From Giardia intestinalis (lineage: Eukaryota): a DNA stretch of 64,000 nucleotides. The translations under genes and the position numbers were made by a program. The notes beneath the pieces were generated by a model. It was given only the letters and a program-made list of their open reading frames with translations. It made no database searches and had not been told where the DNA came from. The stretch lies in NCBI GenBank assembly GCA_000002435.2, contig CM018789.1. One strand, 5' to 3'. This document shows positions 19,151-27,572 of this stretch, piece after piece (positions within the stretch are counted from its first letter, which is position 1; every line of letters starts with the position of its first letter).

Positions 19151-20816
19151 CCAACCCTCGTCTCCGGACTAGTCAGGGACTGAGCAAGAGCTTGCCCGTG
19201 GGATCTCTGGACCATACCTGCAGGCAGGCCCCAGCAGCACACCACTGGAAGCAACCGGTGGGTGGAGTAAATCATCATGACATGCGACGCTCAAGCTTCG
19301 AGTTCTGAGTCCTGGATTGGAGAAGTGAACGAGCGTGAGACCCGCCTACCCACAGGGGAGGAGGCCTTGTATGAGGGCACGAGTTCGAGCTTCAAGATCT
19401 GAACCTTGGACCCCGGACGGTGAGCGGGCGGCCCACCCAGCGCGGCGGCTCTCACGGAGATGCTCGGACAGCAGTTGACAAACCGTTCTCAGTGAAGCAG
19501 AGAGCAAAGTGTGTGTTTCCGTGGCAGTGTCTTCCTGCAAGCAGACGAAGTTAAAAATGCCGAGCGACGTGCTTGGGGCTTCGGAAATGAGTCGTCGCCC
19601 TCAGGACACCGAGGGGTCTGCTTCCGATGGGAGCCTCGATGACGCCGCAGAGTTTTGCCGCCAACAGGGGGGAGCGGGCTGAGTCTCTCGTCTTTTTTGT
19701 TGCTGAAATACGGCTTCGTCGAGACCGACATCATGTCAGCAGCAGAGTATGGAAACCTGAGAGCCGTGAAGGTTCTGCTGAAGAGGGAGGGTGGCATGAA
19801 AACGGATGATGGGAAGACCGCCCTAATGTATGCAGCACAGTATGGGCGCCGCGAGTGTGCGGAGGCTCTACTGGACAAGGAAGGCGGGATGAGGGCCAAC
19901 AGTGGGTGGACTGCCCTCATGCACGCAGCCGACAACGGTTGCTCGGACTGCGTGAGGCTTCTAGTAGACAAAGAAGACGGCATGAAGACTAACAATGGAT
20001 GGACAGCGCTCATGCATGCAGCGCAGAGTGGTCACCTGGAGTGTGCGAGGCTCCTGATGGACAAGGAGAAAGGCATGCAGACCACCCGCGAGTGGTTCGG
20101 CTTCCCGCCCGGCACCACCGCCCTCGACATCGCAAGGAGGCATGGCCACGACGCAATCGCCTCTCTCCTCGAGTAAACGGCGCCCTTCCTCGTGTGATGT
20201 GGCTCTTCTCAAGGGCCGGATGGACAAGCTGTGCACGCGTCTAGCCAGTGGCGGCGTCCTCGCAGGGGGCAAGAGGAGGAGGGTGGCAGGCTTGCTGAGC
20301 CCGAGGCGCGCGTATCAGCCGGGCACGGATGCTACCCAAGGATTCCAAAATCCACAGGATCTGACATGTACAATTGGCGAGAGATCTTTAGACCCTGTTG
20401 ATTACAATCAGTGTCTACTTCTATAAAAAGCCACGTGAAAGGCAGTTTACTCATGTGACTCCTGAAGCAGCGGTACAGACGGATGGCCCAGACCCCAGTA
20501 GCACAGACAACGGGGCCTCCGCAGGGAGAATCGTGGGCCCAGGCGTGCCTCTACGGAACCAGGACCGTCCCATGGAAGAATACGCGGCCTCGTGGGGATA
20601 TGGCCGGAGCAGGGCGCCGCGACAGCTGGGGCTGAAAGAGCCGGGACACCACGAGGCACGGGCACTGACAATCGCACGCAGACCGAGGGGGTACGCATCA
20701 CCGATCCCTTGTACCAGAAGAGGGACGGGGGACGCCCACAGTGCTGAAGGCGCACACCCACTCAGACCCGGCACCGCCCAGGACGCCAGGTGCCAGGCCC
20801 CGCGAGAGCCGCCCTG
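19151..20816. repeat. Right arm of the 1,666-bp inverted repeat
   Basis: Reverse complement of 14673..16338. The outer end is exact at 20816 (gccctg|ttcc). Confidence 0.9.
19733..20176 (+). CDS. Ankyrin-repeat protein (147 aa). Copy 2 of 2, located in the IR right arm.
   Basis: Identical protein to the 15313..15756 copy. ATG at 19733 (catcATGtcagca). Transcribed outward, away from the retroelement core. Confidence 0.6.
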   Translation: MSAAEYGNLRAVKVLLKREGGMKTDDGKTALMYAAQYGRRECAEALLDKEGGMRANSGWTALMHAADNGCSDCVRLLVDKEDGMKTNNGWTALMHAAQSGHLECARLLMDKEKGMQTTREWFGFPPGTTALDIARRHGHDAIASLLE

Positions 20817-20895
20817 TTCCCGGCGCAGTCGCAGATAGAGACAGAAGACGACGAACCCCTCAGAGACGGGGATTGAAAAGATCGGGCCAAACGGC

Positions 20896-20902
20896 TATTT
20901 AC
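20896..20902 (-). terminator. Putative polyadenylation signal AGTAAAT directly after the stop of 20903..22060
   Basis: The minus-strand sequence following TAA reads agtaaat, matching AGTRAAY. Confidence 0.3.
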
Positions 20903-22060
20903 TTAGTTCACATCCGACACCGTAGTGCGGAGCTCGGCCCCGTTAATCTCCATGTTACCGAAGGCATCCCTAAGGATCTTGCCATTCTCCACAGTGCAGT
21001 AGAACGACACTTCGGAAGGATTGGGCTGCTTGGGTCTCCTCAAGCGAGACTCTGCAAGAGCTTTTAGAATGTCTGCGTGCTCATCTTTATCGAGGTTTTC
21101 CTTGATATCGTCGAATGCTAGAGCCTCAGGAATCCCTGCGATCGTAAGGAGACATGGGAGCCTTTCCTTCTGAGATTGCACCTTCTTGCCCTGCTTCTTC
21201 TTAGGCTTGGCGGCCTTCTGGTCATCAGCAAGCTGTACTCTAATTCCGGTGGCCTTCTTGGCTCCAGGCTTCTTCACACCACCCTTCGCCTCTTGGTGTC
21301 TCCTCTGCTTATTTTTTGTGCCCAGGGTACCATCGCCTGCAGACCCAACCCTCTCGCGAAGCTCCTGGATATGCTTACGGCGCTTCTCCGGGTTAATGAA
21401 CCTTATGGCGGGAACGCGTTCAAAAAGATTATCGGCAGAGAGAGCAGCAAAAAGCTTCTCTATCTCAGAAGACTGAACAACAACGGCGACCTTCGTCCCC
21501 CTCTGCGGCGGACGACCTTCAACATATCTAATCCCCATTGTCGCGCACCTGCCTTGCACAGAAGAGCCGCTGGCATCCTTGAGAGCACCCGCATTGATCC
21601 TTCCACGGATAGCATCCAGCACTTGATACTTCGCGGTGATCTTGAACTTGTGATCCTGAGCTGGCGTGATCTTCGAGAGGGTCTTAGTCAAAAAGGCGAC
21701 GACCTTCTCCGGGTCCATGAACTCTCCTGGTGCGGAGGTAACCGTGATGATGACATTTTTGCTTGTCTTGAGGTAGTCTGCATTGTACTCCTTGAACTTA
21801 GTAAAAATGGAAACATTGCGGTCGATGCAGTTCTTGCGTGCTTCATCCTGGTCGAGGGGAAGCAGATCAGCTTCTGGGTACTTCTGCCTAACCGCGGCAA
21901 GCAGCTTCCCATAGCCACAAGGTATTTCGACGCCCTTGTCAGTTTCACGGGCCTTGTTGGCTAGGTACGGCGAGCGAAAGCCGTCGACACCTTTGATGAT
22001 CTCCTTCAGGGTCCTTGTGAACTCCTCTGTAAGCTTCACACCCTTAATAATGATCGGCAT
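20903..22060 (-). CDS. Hypothetical protein with a central lysine-rich basic region. Possibly nucleolar or ribosome-biogenesis related, but function unassigned.
   Basis: 385-aa ORF with ATG start. Basic tract KKPGAKKATG...KPKKKQGKK between two structured segments. No diagnostic catalytic motif. Confidence 0.6.
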   Translation of the reverse strand: MPIIIKGVKLTEEFTRTLKEIIKGVDGFRSPYLANKARETDKGVEIPCGYGKLLAAVRQKYPEADLLPLDQDEARKNCIDRNVSIFTKFKEYNADYLKTSKNVIITVTSAPGEFMDPEKVVAFLTKTLSKITPAQDHKFKITAKYQVLDAIRGRINAGALKDASGSSVQGRCATMGIRYVEGRPPQRGTKVAVVVQSSEIEKLFAALSADNLFERVPAIRFINPEKRRKHIQELRERVGSAGDGTLGTKNKQRRHQEAKGGVKKPGAKKATGIRVQLADDQKAAKPKKKQGKKVQSQKERLPCLLTIAGIPEALAFDDIKENLDKDEHADILKALAESRLRRPKQPNPSEVSFYCTVENGKILRDAFGNMEINGAELRTTVSDVN

Positions 22061-22159
22061 CCTGCCCGGTCTTTTAATTGCTACATCAAAGTGACTTTAA
22101 ATTTGTTTATTTAGAAAGGGATTGGCATTTTTGTATCCACAACCGAACCTCAGGTAGCG

Positions 22160-23620
22160 TCATTCATCAAACGGAATGACTGGTTCAATGCGCCGCCGTG
22201 GAGGAGAAATGCTCTTCTCTAGACCACATAGTCTCCGCGTGTCCAGCTCTGTGCATAACAGGGGCAGCCTCCGTGTTATCTTGGTGTCTCCAGCGGGCTC
22301 CTGGCCTTGGCCTCGAGGCGGGAGAATAGCTGCTTGAGCCAATCTGATCAACGCTAAAATTATTGGAGGGTTATTTGCCAGGCAGCCACAAAACCGCAGT
22401 CTTTCGGTCTCTGTTAACGTATAGGAATGATCAGAAAGGACATGGTGCAGTCCAGCCTCTCTCATAGACAGAAGAGTCGCCCCTATTATGCATTTCAACT
22501 CGTCCTTAAGGTCGTCTATTGAGCGCATAAGAATGGTGAGCCTTTGTTTGAGGGTGCGTATTTCTTGCTGCTGCCGTATGGCCTCGCCCCTTCCAACGGA
22601 GCGACAGAGAGTTGGGGAGTGGTTGGTAGGAGACTCGGCGTTAGCAATAGTAGCCAGGATATCGTTGTGGCCGTAGAGAGTTCCTGCCTGCTGCGCTTTC
22701 CTCCCAGGGCCAGACCCATTAGCAAGTGCACCCGCGATTACAGGAAGCGAGGTGTGTTGTGTGGACATGAATGCCGTTTGTCCTGATGCAGAAAACTCTG
22801 GCCTTTCAGAGCCAAGTTGGCCGATCTGCGTGGAGTTTCTTGACCTTTGTCTCTGAGACCCTACTACGCTTCTGTCCGCATCCTTGGAGTATGGATATTT
22901 GGAGTCATCATCGGGACGAGGTGGAGAGGCTTTGTGGGGGGAGATCCCTTCGAAGTTCTGTGCACGCTGTGTTATAACTTGCTCCTGAACAAGCTTTTTA
23001 AGGTCAGAGCGCAGGACAGCGATCATGTTGCGCAAGTCCCCTATCTCCTTGTTTAAGCTATTGTTCTTTTGTACCTCAGCCTCCAGGGAAGCACTAAGCT
23101 CTGCCTTCTCCTCATTTAGCCGCTTGATGAAATCATTCCGGAGTTCGTCGCGCGTCTTTCTTGCTGATTCATCCTTTTTCTCTGCAAGGGTCTTGAAAGA
23201 TGGCTTTGCATGGAGGCGTGACTCAATAACGGCGATCCTGACCCGCTCTGACGCCACTTCCTCTAGGCTCTTTAGCTTTTCCTGAAGCGTGCTCCTTAAG
23301 TGCTGGATGTTTTCAGTTAGTGCAGTGTCTGCAGGTTCTCCGTCGGGCTCGTAAATTGATAGCCGTTCTCGTAGCCTCTCTACCTCCTTGTTATGAAGAA
23401 TCTCCCGACGAGCCAATGAAAGCTCTGCTGTTGTGAGTTCCGATTCCAGGTCCTTGATGCGTGCCTCAAGCGCCTGGATAGTGCTTTCCTGCTTGACGAT
23501 CAGGGCACGTGCCTTACCTGGCTCTATTCTAGTTTGAGTTACTAACCTGTTCTTTACTTCGCCATCTAACCCATCTATCAGGCCAGTATTAGCTGTTGAG
23601 TATGCTTTAGCGGTGTCCAT
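22160..23620 (-). CDS. Coiled-coil hypothetical protein
   Basis: The track start at 23716 is TTG. The first ATG is at 23620 (MDTAKAYS...). The N-terminal third is coiled-coil (IQALEARIKDLESELTTAELSLARREILHNKEVERLRERL). The C-terminus is Ser/Pro-rich. Confidence 0.6.
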   Translation of the reverse strand: MDTAKAYSTANTGLIDGLDGEVKNRLVTQTRIEPGKARALIVKQESTIQALEARIKDLESELTTAELSLARREILHNKEVERLRERLSIYEPDGEPADTALTENIQHLRSTLQEKLKSLEEVASERVRIAVIESRLHAKPSFKTLAEKKDESARKTRDELRNDFIKRLNEEKAELSASLEAEVQKNNSLNKEIGDLRNMIAVLRSDLKKLVQEQVITQRAQNFEGISPHKASPPRPDDDSKYPYSKDADRSVVGSQRQRSRNSTQIGQLGSERPEFSASGQTAFMSTQHTSLPVIAGALANGSGPGRKAQQAGTLYGHNDILATIANAESPTNHSPTLCRSVGRGEAIRQQQEIRTLKQRLTILMRSIDDLKDELKCIIGATLLSMREAGLHHVLSDHSYTLTETERLRFCGCLANNPPIILALIRLAQAAILPPRGQGQEPAGDTKITRRLPLLCTELDTRRLCGLEKSISPPRRRIEPVIPFDE

Positions 23621-23664
23621 ACAGTGATAAAGTTTACTTACCTTTAAATTCCAGTTTTTATGGG

Positions 23665-24714
23665 ATGGAGGGTCTGTCTCTCCTGCAGACGAGCTTTCGA
23701 ATTGTTGGTAGCGCAAGGGCTGCGGCTGCCTTCAATTCCACGGTGCAGTCGGGCGCAATTAAAGTGTTACGTTTAGAGGAATTCATCAAGCCGCTTCGCA
23801 TCATTGACCCTAACCTTCATTCTAAGGGTATGATCTCAACTCCATCAACTGTTGTAGTTGTGCTCATGCTGGAGCAAATCAAACAGGCTGCCAAAGAGTA
23901 CGTCTGTATGCAAATCACGGACTTGTGCGGGTCAGATGCCATCCTCGTCTATGAAAAAGATCCATCTGCAGCTACATCGATGAATATGGAAGTGTACAGT
24001 GTTATCTGTCTCCTCAGAACAAGTGTTGTGCACCTTAAGAATGCCTTATATCTTGAAAGTCCAGAGAGTCAAATCTTGCTGCTAGGACGTGCCATCAATG
24101 TTAGCACGTGCAGACATTTGAGCTTCACAGAGGGTCCGTGCTCTAATGCTATCGATGTGCGCGTATCTGTCTATTGCCCAGCGCACGCAGCGGGGGCCAT
24201 GTCAGCGCCCAATGCGGCCGGTTTGCGATTATATGAAGAGCTGCCTCTTATGGGTTCAGCTGCAGCACGTGCACACCATGCGTCGAAGCAGATGCATTTT
24301 TCCCCCAATCTTACCTTCAATGAGGTAGTAGATCATGTAGTCGAACGCCGAGCACAAGCTGAGCTTCTTAAAACTGGTGAACTAAAAGGTAAGAGACGCA
24401 CCTCAGGACTTGCAAAAGAGAAGCATCTCGGGCTTTCTGCAGTTAAGCCGTATGCTACATTGAAAATGAGTTTGCAGGAAGAAAGAAAGAGCGAAAGTGA
24501 AGCAACAAAGGCCACGCTCTGCAAAACATGCCAAATAGTTGCGGTAGTAGCTCCAGAGAGCTGCACTAAAAGCGGCCATAATTTGGAAACAATCTATGTT
24601 AAGGTACACCGATACAAGTGCAAGACCTGTTCCAGAGCCTATAAAACGATACGAAAATCCGGTCCTAGCTTTTCGTGTAGCACCTGTTTTACCAGCGCGT
24701 GGGCTACTTACTAG
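23665..24714 (+). CDS. Hypothetical protein (349 aa) with a C-terminal cysteine cluster (possible zinc ribbon)
   Basis: ATG start. Diverges from 22160..23620 across a 44-bp AT-rich spacer. C-terminus reads CKTCQ...C..(x17)..CKTC..(x17)..CSTC. Confidence 0.55.
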   Translation: MEGLSLLQTSFRIVGSARAAAAFNSTVQSGAIKVLRLEEFIKPLRIIDPNLHSKGMISTPSTVVVVLMLEQIKQAAKEYVCMQITDLCGSDAILVYEKDPSAATSMNMEVYSVICLLRTSVVHLKNALYLESPESQILLLGRAINVSTCRHLSFTEGPCSNAIDVRVSVYCPAHAAGAMSAPNAAGLRLYEELPLMGSAAARAHHASKQMHFSPNLTFNEVVDHVVERRAQAELLKTGELKGKRRTSGLAKEKHLGLSAVKPYATLKMSLQEERKSESEATKATLCKTCQIVAVVAPESCTKSGHNLETIYVKVHRYKCKTCSRAYKTIRKSGPSFSCSTCFTSAWATY

Positions 24715-24724
24715 GATCAACTAG

Positions 24725-26434
24725 CTAGCTGATTGAGTCGATATTTCTAAGAATCTTGTCAGAGATTTCATCATTGGACAATGCGACTGCACTGCTCTTC
24801 GGCATTTGAAGAAGGTGCAGTACGTAGAAGTGCAGATGGTCGTGTTTAAGGACATCTGTGTATCTGAGACCTGTGAGATCCAAGTACTTTGCCAACAGTT
24901 CGTGCATATTCATCAAACAATGCTTAATGCTGCTCATTTCTGTGTTTTTATTATTAGAAGAGAAGAGAGGCACAGCTATGTTGCTACGGATATCATTGTT
25001 TGCCACATCAGGATTGAGCCGGAGATACTCGTCTCCTACAGATGAGAGAGAATCCACGGTGCAAATGATCTGGTCCAACAGTATGCTGTACTCTTGGGTC
25101 TTAGCCACTCGCTCCTTGAATTTAAAGTACAAAGATAACATCTCATCAACCCCTATCCAATTCGCTAATATAGCGTCTAGATCAAAGCTGTACATGTTCT
25201 CTAGAAGTCCATAGAAGCGTGAATTAAAGTGATCCCTGTTCTTCAGGGATGTCTCAATTGTGTATGCAAAACTACACACTGTCCAGATCCTGTCCAGGAC
25301 TGTTTGTCCATCAGTAGATAAATTTGGCACGGCTGAGGAGATAGCCCTGAGCTTAGGACGCTTCAAATCGTCTAAGAAAGACAGCTCACATAGGAATGCT
25401 TTGTAGCTAGAGAAGAGCTGCCTATTTTCCGTGAGCTCCTGTATAATTAGCTTAAAACGTGCTTCTGAGCTCCCCGACCATTGACGGGAGCAAAATAAGG
25501 CTGAGACATCCGCGTTTATATCTATGCGTTCTATTCGATTCGAGCCCTTTACAAGCTCGACAGAAGCGATGGAGCTTATCGCATGCAGACAGTTTCTGAC
25601 TAAGAGCTGCTGGTCGTGCCAGTTGGGGGCCACAGAATCTTCACCAAACTTCTCTGATTGTCTGTGCCTTTCAACCTGCTCAATCCACGTTTCAATTGAC
25701 TCTGTATCGGCCATAAATCTAACAATCTGACAAGCAATCTCCTGCTTCCTACACATATCTTTCAAGCAGGAGTATCCAGTGACCAAGTGAATGATGGGGC
25801 TGAGGCTGGATTGAGCATTGGCCAGCTCCTTTACCCAGATACTCAGTTCCAAAAGAAAGGACATCATCTCCCTGTACCAGATGATAAATTTCTGTGCTGC
25901 ATCCTCTGGCAAGATTGATGCCAGATCCAAGTAAATGGGTGACTTGGCGAATAAGGAAGAGAGGCTCGGAGGAGAAATGGAGACCAACAAGGGCTTACAT
26001 CTATCAACTAACGTAGTTATATACCCGTGCATAGCCAAGACAAACGAGTTTAAGTGCCTGAGCATGCCAATGTAAGATTCTATTGCTAACGAGAACTTGC
26101 TCAGCTCCTTTGCATTCATATGAGCCAACGTTTTCAGAACTACATAATTGGGGATAACCATGTGGGCGGTTTTGGGAAGCATGTACCCATAAACGGGGTA
26201 AGGCAGCTCGGAATCCAGTCTCCTCCACAGGTCGGTTTGCAAGCTCAACAAGGCACCTTCCTTATGCTGACAATCCATGCGTCTTTTGCTGGAAGGAAGA
26301 ACGGCAGCGTCTATGCAAAGAGTCGTCGAATAGACCCACTGGCGACTGGGGATCTCGGGGTACATTTTTTTGACGATGATTCTGGGACAACGGGCCCGTA
26401 AGACGACTACAAATGCGCATCTAGAATAGTTCAT
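24725..26434 (-). CDS. Hypothetical protein (569 aa as longest ATG ORF)
   Basis: ATG at 26434 overlaps the stop of the upstream gene by 4 nt. An alternative start at 26365 (MYPEIPSRQW...) is preceded by caaaaaa and would give a 69-bp spacer instead. Confidence 0.55.
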   Translation of the reverse strand: MNYSRCAFVVVLRARCPRIIVKKMYPEIPSRQWVYSTTLCIDAAVLPSSKRRMDCQHKEGALLSLQTDLWRRLDSELPYPVYGYMLPKTAHMVIPNYVVLKTLAHMNAKELSKFSLAIESYIGMLRHLNSFVLAMHGYITTLVDRCKPLLVSISPPSLSSLFAKSPIYLDLASILPEDAAQKFIIWYREMMSFLLELSIWVKELANAQSSLSPIIHLVTGYSCLKDMCRKQEIACQIVRFMADTESIETWIEQVERHRQSEKFGEDSVAPNWHDQQLLVRNCLHAISSIASVELVKGSNRIERIDINADVSALFCSRQWSGSSEARFKLIIQELTENRQLFSSYKAFLCELSFLDDLKRPKLRAISSAVPNLSTDGQTVLDRIWTVCSFAYTIETSLKNRDHFNSRFYGLLENMYSFDLDAILANWIGVDEMLSLYFKFKERVAKTQEYSILLDQIICTVDSLSSVGDEYLRLNPDVANNDIRSNIAVPLFSSNNKNTEMSSIKHCLMNMHELLAKYLDLTGLRYTDVLKHDHLHFYVLHLLQMPKSSAVALSNDEISDKILRNIDSIS

Positions 26435-26985
26435 TGCTGCAGCTGCAAGCGCCTAATGTATGCCATCAATTCGCTATTCTGGACAAGAAGACTCTCCAGC
26501 ATAGCATTCTGCTTCTCTACGAGCTGCTTAGTTGTGTATAGCTCTTCTTCCGTGTGTTTGAGGGCCTTCATGCACTTTATAAGGTGATACTCTGTGCTAG
26601 ATCCCCTTGGTCCAGCACGTATAGACCGGAGGATGTTCTGCACAGAGGGAGAGAGTTTGAATGCATCGATATGAGACTCGGGAGATTCTGGTTCGCGTGC
26701 TGGAAGGAGCTTTAGCATTTTCTTACGTAAGTCCACAACTTCCCGGACAAGCTGCTCCTCTAACTGGGTCAGAGTATTAGCCCTTCTTTTTTCATTGTAC
26801 ATATCGATCAGGGGATCATGGCGTGCGGTAGAAGGCCCGCAACGTGACTTGCTTCTAACCATTTGTGGACTCTCAAACACGTGATCCAAGAAGGCCGACT
26901 TGGGAGAAGTTGGTGGCGTATCTTCCAGCTGGTTGCCTAGGGCTCCAGAGAGGAACAGGCCGCTGAATTTTTGCGAAACAGACAT
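26431..26985 (-). CDS. Hypothetical protein (184 aa)
   Basis: Clean ORF with ATG start. C-terminal part is coiled-coil-like. Confidence 0.5.
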   Translation of the reverse strand: MSVSQKFSGLFLSGALGNQLEDTPPTSPKSAFLDHVFESPQMVRSKSRCGPSTARHDPLIDMYNEKRRANTLTQLEEQLVREVVDLRKKMLKLLPAREPESPESHIDAFKLSPSVQNILRSIRAGPRGSSTEYHLIKCMKALKHTEEELYTTKQLVEKQNAMLESLLVQNSELMAYIRRLQLQQ

Positions 26986-27174
26986 CGAAGAGATTTAGAG
27001 CAGAAAGTTTATTCTTGGACTGTAAGACAGTTAGCTCTCGGCCGGACGAACTTCTACCACACACCTTGACAGAGTATATGGGAACAAAGTACACTGCCCA
27101 GGATATATGCGTAGCGTAGAGGCTTTCAGAAGTGTGCTCTTATGAGACCTTAAAAGTGAAGGAGAACGAACACG

Positions 27175-27549
27175 CTAGTGCAGCTTTGCTCTTTGAATCT
27201 CTGCCAGCTGTGTCTGGAGCTGCGCAATTTCGCGATCCTTTCGATGAAGAGCGTTCTGGAGAGAAGTTACTTCCTTTATTCTTCGAGACTCTGAGGCAAT
27301 AAGCTCTGCTTGAAGATTGACGACTCTCTGACTATCACTTACCCCTTGGCGGAGCTCGACGACTTCCCTCATAAGGGTCTTTATCGTCTCCTCGTACGTC
27401 GAGATGACTTCCTTGGCATCTTGGACCTCCTGGCGCAGCCTTCCTACGTCGTCCTTCTCCTCCATCAGAGCCTCCAGCATCTCCCGGAGATAGACTACCT
27501 CGCTAAGGAGGCAGCGCTCCCTTCTGCTTATGTCCTGGGAGGCATTCAT
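27175..27549 (-). CDS. Small coiled-coil protein (about 125 aa)
   Basis: The track start at 27615 is GTG and would overlap the dynein stop. The first ATG is at 27549 (MNASQDISRRER...). Heptad-rich sequence. Confidence 0.4.
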   Translation of the reverse strand: MNASQDISRRERCLLSEVVYLREMLEALMEEKDDVGRLRQEVQDAKEVISTYEETIKTLMREVVELRQGVSDSQRVVNLQAELIASESRRIKEVTSLQNALHRKDREIAQLQTQLAEIQRAKLH

Positions 27550-27572
27550 GCAGGCGCAGCGCTCAAAAACGT

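Noticed and set aside
14673-20816. Possibility that the GC-rich block is rDNA
   Set aside because: No recognisable SSU or LSU rRNA conserved stretches. The block instead encodes ankyrin repeats and RT/RLE motifs.
21176-21964. 262-aa ORF antisense to 20903..22060
   Set aside because: The sense-strand ORF is longer, has an ATG with an AT-rich context and a polyA-like signal. The antisense ORF is Leu/Arg-rich low-complexity.
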